The position numbers and the translations under genes were made by a program. This document shows, piece by piece, positions 38,519 to 43,448 of a stretch of 43,448 nt of DNA; the stretch's first letter is position 1; each line of letters starts with the position of its first letter. The stretch lies in assembly GCA_034718215.1 (NCBI GenBank), contig JAYEMR010000108.1:1-43448 (forward strand). The letters are read 5' to 3'. Source of the stretch: Chloroflexota bacterium. Lineage in GTDB: Bacteria; Chloroflexota; Anaerolineae; JAYEMR01. The notes beneath the pieces were generated by a model that was not told the origin of the DNA, made no database searches, and saw only the letters and a program-made list of their open reading frames with translations.

Positions 38519-38695
38519 TTATGCGGGACTGCCTATAACACTGAGCATCTCCTCAGGATTGCCCGCCATTTCTTCCATCGCCTCCTGCCTGCACCTGATC
38601 AGGCACAGGTGGTCGCTCCAGGGAATCTCCGCTGTGCCAAAACACATCGAGCGCTCGTGGCCCTTGCCGGTGACCAGCACCAGATCGCCACCTGA
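38519..38695 (-). pseudogene. diverged duplicate of the murE 3' end (last ~57 codons), carrying a 24-nt element insertion
   Basis: Reads GDLVLVTGKGHERSMCFGTAEIPWSD-HLCLIRCR-QEAMEEMAGNPEEML...stop. Authentic MurE reads GDLVLVTGKGHERSMCFGTTEYPWSD-QEAVREALREVLCR. 38612-38689 aligns to 39206-39283 with 10 differences in 78 nt by my count. Confidence 0.8.
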
Positions 38696-39095
38696 TGCGG
38701 CTTATCGGTTCATCCCTGCCTGTGGCAGACAGGAGAGTGGCGAGGAGCATCGGCAGTGGCTTCAGCTCCCGCTTCAATGGGTCGAGGACCAGTCCAAGTG
38801 CCTCCAGGGTGAACGCCCCCAGGAGTGTGTGGTCGCCCTTTTCACCAAAGATGACATCAGCCCCGCCTACCCTTTCACCATACCGGAAGAAAGCAAAGCC
38901 CTTCTTGCGGACGACCTTAGTGCCATTGGCCAGTCGGAATTCCTCTTCCGCTATTGGTTTAATACCGAGCTTCTGCAAAATAGGGATGGGGACCACCGAA
39001 TAGACGGCCCCAGAATCAATCAGAAAATCCACCTTCTCCGTCACCTCAGGATTAGCCGGGTTTCCAACTTCAATTTCCAACACCGTCAGTCCCAT
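38553..39095 (-). CDS. retropepsin-like (clan AA) aspartic protease with an anomalous C-terminal extension of about 60 aa
   Basis: ATG at 39095 with AGGAGG 5 nt upstream. MGLTVLEIEVGNP...VDFLIDSGAVYSVVP (DSGA active site)...LLGAFTLEALGLVLDPLKRELKPLPMLLA is a complete domain of about 119 aa. The ORF then reads on through the 19-nt hairpin, the murE fragment (out of frame) and element copy 6. Confidence 0.7.
   Translation of the reverse strand: MGLTVLEIEVGNPANPEVTEKVDFLIDSGAVYSVVPIPILQKLGIKPIAEEEFRLANGTKVVRKKGFAFFRYGERVGGADVIFGEKGDHTLLGAFTLEALGLVLDPLKRELKPLPMLLATLLSATGRDEPISRIRWRSGAGHRQGPRALDVFWHSGDSLERPPVPDQVQAGGDGRNGGQS
38586..38611 (-). repeat. 26-nt interleaved-palindrome element, copy 6 (inside the murE fragment)
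   Basis: Plus strand TGCCTGCACCTGATCAGGCACAGGTG. Comparison with murE shows that 38588-38611 (24 nt) is the inserted block. Confidence 0.9.
38715..38733 (-). repeat. 19-nt hairpin element, right copy of the inverted pair
   Basis: Plus strand CCTGCCTGTGGCAGACAGG, the exact reverse complement of 38496-38514. It sits directly after the conserved end of the retropepsin-like domain. Confidence 0.85.
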
Positions 39096-39160
39096 CGCTT
39101 CCTCCTTCTCTGAAAGCAACCAGGTATCTGACCCAATCATACTACATTGAGGCCACTTTG

Positions 39161-40783
39161 TCAACGGCACAGCACCTCTCTCAGCGCTTCCCTCACCGCC
39201 TCCTGGTCGCTCCAGGGATACTCCGTCGTGCCAAAACACATGGAGCGCTCGTGACCCTTGCCAGTCACCAGTACCAGGTCGCCCGGGCGGGCGCGCTCGA
39301 TGGCGAAACGGATCGCCTCCCCTCGATCCTCGATCCGCCAGTAGCTCTCCCCCTCCACTGCCCCTTCACTCTCGCAGCCAGCAGCGATCTGCTCAATGAT
39401 CTCCTCCAGCGGCTCGGTGCGGGGGTCCTCGGCGGTGAGCACGGCGAAATCAGCCAGCCGGGCGGCGATCTCCCCCATCATGGGCCGCTTCCCCACGTCG
39501 CGCAGCCCCGCGCAGCCGAAGACTACCCACACCCGCCCCTCGGCCAGCCCGCGCACGGTCCTCAGCGCCTGCTCCAGCGCGGCCGGCGTGTGGGCGAAGT
39601 CCACGATCACGGTGAAGGGCTGCCCACCTGTGGCCGACAGGCTACAATCAATGCGCTCCATGCGGCCGGAAATGCCCCCCAGCGCCCTGATGCCAGCCTG
39701 CATGGCCTCCACGGGCGCCTCCAGGGCTATCCCCACCGCGATGGCCGCCAGGCAGTTGTACACGTTGTAGCGCCCGATGAGAGGGATATGGACCGGGAAG
39801 TCTCCCACCGGGGTGTGTGCGGTGAAGGCGAGCGCCTGGGGCGAGGGGCGGATATCCGAGGCGGTGATGTCAGCGGGATGAGCCAGAGCGCCTGTACCCT
39901 TCAGGGTGCCTGTACCCTTTAGGGTATAAGAGAGGTGGCGGTTAGCGGGGATGGCGCGCAGATAATCGTAGGAGGGATCGTCGGCGTTGAGCACGGCGGT
40001 CTTGGGCAGGCCCGGCTTTTGGCGGGCGGAGGCCAGCCCTCGGAAGAGCATGGCCTTCGCCTCCCTGTATTTCTCGAATGTCCCGTGGGCATAGAGATGC
40101 TCGTGGGTGATGTTGGTCACGACCGCTATATCGAAATCGCAGGCCGTGACCCGATGCTGGGCCAGCCCCTCGGAGGTGGCCTCCAGCACGGCGTGGGTTG
40201 TGCCCGCGGCCACCATCTCCACCAGGTAGCGCTGCACGTCGGGGGCATCGGGCGTGGTGGTGTGCAGCCCGGTATCGTGAACTGTGTCACCGAGGACCGC
40301 GTTCACGGTGGAGATCATCCCCGTCCTGTAGCCTGCGGCGCGGAGGATGTGGTAGATCAGGTTGACGGTGGTGGTCTTGCCATCTGTTCCGGTCACGCCG
40401 ATCATGGCCATCTGACGGGCGGGGAAATTGTGCCAGGCGGCGCTCAGGTGAGCCAACGCCTCCCGGCCGGAGGGGACGACGATGAGGGGCACTTTTTGAT
40501 GCACTCGATGGCCCAGAGTTAAACTCTGGGCCATCGAGGCCATCGAGTGTTCCACCACGACTGCCGCCGCTCCCCGCTGGATCGCGTCGGGGATAAAATC
40601 GTGTCCATCCACCTGAACACCCTCGTAGGCCACGAATAGATTCCCCGCCCTCACCTCCCGCGAATCCTCGGTGATGCCGGTGATGAGCGCCCCCGGATCG
40701 CCGTGGAGCGTGGCCTGCGGAAGCGCGGGGAGCAGTTCTCTCAGCGGGCGACCTGTTGCCTCGTTCACTCGTCTCTCCGTCAA
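39161..40783 (-). CDS. murE: UDP-N-acetylmuramoyl-L-alanyl-D-glutamate--2,6-diaminopimelate ligase (MurE)
   Basis: 540 aa. P-loop GVTGTDGKTTT, Mur ligase middle and C-terminal domains, and an EDPR variant of the DNPR motif. The start overlaps the pcrA stop by 4 nt. Confidence 0.95.
   Translation of the reverse strand: MTERRVNEATGRPLRELLPALPQATLHGDPGALITGITEDSREVRAGNLFVAYEGVQVDGHDFIPDAIQRGAAAVVVEHSMASMAQSLTLGHRVHQKVPLIVVPSGREALAHLSAAWHNFPARQMAMIGVTGTDGKTTTVNLIYHILRAAGYRTGMISTVNAVLGDTVHDTGLHTTTPDAPDVQRYLVEMVAAGTTHAVLEATSEGLAQHRVTACDFDIAVVTNITHEHLYAHGTFEKYREAKAMLFRGLASARQKPGLPKTAVLNADDPSYDYLRAIPANRHLSYTLKGTGTLKGTGALAHPADITASDIRPSPQALAFTAHTPVGDFPVHIPLIGRYNVYNCLAAIAVGIALEAPVEAMQAGIRALGGISGRMERIDCSLSATGGQPFTVIVDFAHTPAALEQALRTVRGLAEGRVWVVFGCAGLRDVGKRPMMGEIAARLADFAVLTAEDPRTEPLEEIIEQIAAGCESEGAVEGESYWRIEDRGEAIRFAIERARPGDLVLVTGKGHERSMCFGTTEYPWSDQEAVREALREVLCR
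39890..39925 (-). repeat. 18-nt tandem duplication inside murE (LKGTGT / LKGTGA)
   Basis: Plus strand GCCTGTACCCTTCAGGGT (39890-39907) and GCCTGTACCCTTTAGGGT (39908-39925), with one mismatch. Each unit contains ACCCTTYAGGGT. Confidence 0.9.
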
Positions 40784-42933
40784 CTCATCCGCTCCAGGTT
40801 GGCAAAGCTGACCAGCAGTCGCTTGACCCCCACCTCCTCGAAGGCCACGGTGACCTCCTCTTCGCCGCCTGAGATCTCGCTCTCGACGACTATCCCGTCG
40901 CCAAAGGTTGGATGGTGCACCCGATCCCCTGAGCGGAACTGAGCAGCCACAGGCTTCTTGGCTTCCTCCCAGTGGGTCTGACCCTGGCCTCGACGGCTCT
41001 CCTGATCCTCCCGACGCTCTTCAACCAACTCTGAGGGGATGTCGGACAGGAAGCGGGAGGGGATGCGCACATCGCTATCGCCCCAGAAGGCGCGGCGGAA
41101 GGTGTACAGCAGGTACAGCCGCTCCTTGGCCCGGGTGATTCCCACGTAGCACAGCCGGCGCTCCTCCTCCAACTGCTCTGGGTCATCCAGTGAGCGGGAG
41201 TGGGGCAGCAGCCCTTCCTCCATGCCCACGATGAATACCACAGGGAACTCCAGCCCCTTGGCCATGTGCAAGGTCAAGAGGGTCGGCGCCTCTTCTTGCT
41301 CCTCCAAGTTGTCCACACCCGACACCAGCGCCACCTCCTGCAGAAAGGTAGCCAACCCCTCCTCCGGCGGGAGGTCCCCATAAGCTTGGGCCACCGAGCG
41401 CAGCTCCATCACATTGGCCCATCGCTCCTCACCCCTCTCCTCATCAGCGTGGATGTAGGCCTGATAGCCTGTGCGCTCCAGCACTAGGTTGAAGAGCTGG
41501 GGCAACGGAAGGCTGGTTCGGGCATTGACCAGCTCGCCCCACAGGGCGCCGAAGTCAGCCAGCACGTGGCGCGCCCTCGTGCTCAGCGGTGCCTCGATCT
41601 CCTGGTCTCCGAGGAGCTGCAGGGCATCGTACGTGGCCAGACCCTCCAACATCCGCCATCTCTCCAGCGCCTGGCGAGTCTTGGGGCCGATGCCACGAGG
41701 GGGAACGTTGAGGACACGCTCCAGGCTTATCCCATCGTAGGGATTGTGAATGATGTGCAGATAGGCCAGCAGATCCTTGATCTCCCGACGGGCGTAGAAT
41801 CGGGTGGCGCCCACCAGGTGATAGGGCAGCCCCCGCCGGATGAAAGCATCCTCCAGGGCCCGGGACTGAGCGTTGGTTCGATACATCACCGCGCAATCGC
41901 CGGGGTTATGGCCCTCCAAGGTGAGGCGAGCTATCTCCTCCACCACGAACTGAGCCTCCTCATCCTCGTCGTACAGCTCCTTGACCACGATGGGTGATCC
42001 AGTGCCCTCCTCGGTGTATAGCACCTTGGGGTGGCGATTGGGGCTGGGGGCGATGACGGCATTGGCCACATCCAGCACCGTCTGCGTAGAGCGGTAGTTG
42101 CGCTCCAGCAGGATGACCCTAGCCTCCGGGTAATCGCGCTCGAAGCGGTGGACATTGCGGTAGTCCGCGCCTCGAAAGCGATAGATGGACTGATCGGGGT
42201 CGCCCACTACGAACACATTGCGGTAGCGGCCTCCCAGCAGCTTCACCAGCTCATACTGGGCCATGTTGGTGTCCTGCCACTCATCCACCAGGATGTATTG
42301 GTAGCGTTCCTGGTAGCGGGCCAGGATCTCATCGTGTTCCCGGTAGAGGTGAACAGTGTCCATAAGCAGGTCGTCGAAGTCTCGGGCATCATTATCCCCT
42401 AGGATCTTCTGGTACTTGAGGTAAACTCGGTGGGCCACTTCCTGCCAGTAGGTGCGAGGCTGATACTCATCAGGGTTGATGAGATCATTTTTGGCGTGGG
42501 AGATGGTCGAGTGCAGCGGTCGAGGCCGGTACTGCTTCTCATCCAGGTTAAGCTCCTCCAGAGCCTGCCCGATGATCGCTAATTGGTCATCGGAATCGTA
42601 GATGACGTAATCTCGGCTGAGTGGAGTATATTTCGCCTCGCGGCGTAGGATACGGGCGCAGGTGGCGTGGAAGGTGCCCAGGGTGAGTTGGTGGGAAGGC
42701 CCCTCGCTCAACAGCGATTCCAGGCGCTCTTTCATCTCCCGAGCCGCCCTGTTGGTGAAGGTCACAGCTAGGATGTGCCAGGGAGGCACATCGTGCTCGC
42801 GGACCAGATAGGCCACCCGGCAGGTAAGCACCCTTGTCTTGCCCGAGCCTGGCCCGGCCAACACCAGCACCGGCCCCTCAATCGCTTTCACCGCCTTCCA
42901 CTGGGCGGGGTTTAGGTCTTGTAGCCAGTCCAA
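40780..42933 (-). CDS. pcrA: ATP-dependent DNA helicase PcrA/UvrD (SF1A)
   Basis: 717 aa. Motif I LAGPGSGKTRVLT, motif II ILVDEWQDTN, and later SF1 motifs. C-terminal Tudor-like FRSGDRVHHPTFGDGIVV. Confidence 0.95.
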   Translation of the reverse strand: MDWLQDLNPAQWKAVKAIEGPVLVLAGPGSGKTRVLTCRVAYLVREHDVPPWHILAVTFTNRAAREMKERLESLLSEGPSHQLTLGTFHATCARILRREAKYTPLSRDYVIYDSDDQLAIIGQALEELNLDEKQYRPRPLHSTISHAKNDLINPDEYQPRTYWQEVAHRVYLKYQKILGDNDARDFDDLLMDTVHLYREHDEILARYQERYQYILVDEWQDTNMAQYELVKLLGGRYRNVFVVGDPDQSIYRFRGADYRNVHRFERDYPEARVILLERNYRSTQTVLDVANAVIAPSPNRHPKVLYTEEGTGSPIVVKELYDEDEEAQFVVEEIARLTLEGHNPGDCAVMYRTNAQSRALEDAFIRRGLPYHLVGATRFYARREIKDLLAYLHIIHNPYDGISLERVLNVPPRGIGPKTRQALERWRMLEGLATYDALQLLGDQEIEAPLSTRARHVLADFGALWGELVNARTSLPLPQLFNLVLERTGYQAYIHADEERGEERWANVMELRSVAQAYGDLPPEEGLATFLQEVALVSGVDNLEEQEEAPTLLTLHMAKGLEFPVVFIVGMEEGLLPHSRSLDDPEQLEEERRLCYVGITRAKERLYLLYTFRRAFWGDSDVRIPSRFLSDIPSELVEERREDQESRRGQGQTHWEEAKKPVAAQFRSGDRVHHPTFGDGIVVESEISGGEEEVTVAFEEVGVKRLLVSFANLERMS

Positions 42934-43014
42934 TAGAGAAACTCCTTCAAAAACGTGGAGCGGAGAGCGTAGAGCGTGGAGTGATCAGCTGCCTCTATCT
43001 CTATGCTCCATGCT

Positions 43015-43407
43015 TCACACCTGAGGCCCTACGCCCTTGGGTCTCCACTCATGTGGTTTGGCCATCATTAGCGTAAGCTGCCTGCAGATGTGGTCATAGT
43101 GATCTGCCAGTTCCTTGTGAAGCGCGCTGGAAATGTAGCCAAAATGCAGCGCAAAATCCAACCAAACGAGCGTTTCGGCTGCTTCCGTATCAGCATCGCT
43201 CAGCCTGCTGACGAAGCTTTTGGGATAGCGCCTTTTGCGCCAGGCTTCAGCGATGTTAGCGCAAACGGAGCGCGATGAACGCCGGATTTGATCAGTCAGG
43301 CTGTAGCGTTCCTCGTTGGGAAACGACTTCGTCAATTCGTGGATCTGGATTGCTGACTCAAAAGCAAGCCGGTATACGCGCAGTTCACGATGGTCTTTCA
43401 CTGGCAT
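43015..43407 (-). CDS. four-helix-bundle protein (23S rRNA intervening-sequence protein / Avd-like family)
   Basis: ATG at 43407 with GGGAGGG upstream. MPVKDHRELRVYRLAFESAIQIHELTKSFPNEERYSLTDQIRRSSRSVCANIAEAWRKRRYPKSFVSRLSDADTEAAETLVWLDFA matches the family signature closely. The sequence looks lower in GC than its neighbours. Confidence 0.85.
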   Translation of the reverse strand: MPVKDHRELRVYRLAFESAIQIHELTKSFPNEERYSLTDQIRRSSRSVCANIAEAWRKRRYPKSFVSRLSDADTEAAETLVWLDFALHFGYISSALHKELADHYDHICRQLTLMMAKPHEWRPKGVGPQV

Positions 43408-43448
43408 TTTCCCTCCCAGGCAAATCGCTTCACGCTCCACAGTCTATA

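Noticed and set aside
34615-38611. The six 26-nt repeats as a CRISPR array.
   Set aside because: Spacing is irregular (about 1.5 kb, 1.4 kb, 263, 547 and 244 nt) and the orientations are mixed. The intervals are ordinary genes, two copies lie within an ORF, and no cas genes are present.
34615-38611. Reading the B-A-AT-B'-A' element as an H-type RNA pseudoknot.
   Set aside because: The loops would be 0, 2 and 0 nt long, which is sterically impossible for two 6-bp stems. Mutually exclusive hairpins or recognition at the DNA level are more plausible.
39158-40522. Plus-strand ORFs 39158..39922 and 39935..40522.
   Set aside because: They are antisense shadows of murE, which has unambiguous Mur ligase motifs.
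42955-42983. A run of GAGCG-containing heptamers (GTGGAGCGGAGAGCGTAGAGCGTGGAGTG) upstream of pcrA as an operator or SOS box.
   Set aside because: It is short and degenerate and does not match the LexA-box consensus forms I know (GAAC-N4-GTTC type). It could be chance.

Overview
GC-rich bacterial chromosomal window of 43.4 kb. Housekeeping genes (mutM, secDF, rho, ftsK, recJ, murE, pcrA, two M42 peptidases, a glycosyltransferase/IMPase/UbiA envelope cluster) alternate with patches that look rearranged or acquired. I cannot assign a taxon from the sequence alone. (1) The left 5 kb is an N-type ATPase operon on the minus strand, in the order atpD-atpC-atpQ-atpR-atpB-atpE-atpF-atpA. atpA runs off the edge and is missing from the ORF track. 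The operon abuts a truncated PfkB kinase gene. (2) A cyclase-family gene carries an in-frame TAA. Next to it sits an IS element of about 1.27 kb with a frameshifted DDE transposase. (3) mgtE lies in a 1.6-kb insert flanked by 332/491-bp direct repeats that duplicate the ftsK 5' end, the ftsK/M42 spacer and part of the M42 gene. (4) 32.2-33.5 kb holds ABC-exporter and FG-GAP gene remnants. (5) The most unusual region is 34.6-39.3 kb. Six copies of a 26-nt interleaved-palindrome element mark the gene boundaries, and two lie inside a reading frame. The region also has an unassignable two-gene operon behind a near-consensus promoter, tRNA-Arg(UCU), and a diverged duplicate of the murE 3' end. That duplicate differs from the real gene by an exact 24-nt in-frame insertion of the element and is bracketed by a perfect 19-bp inverted repeat. 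A retropepsin-like gene sits between the two murE ends. No CRISPR array, rRNA or recognisable defence genes were seen. All coordinates were counted by hand. Identities and GC contrasts are by-eye estimates.
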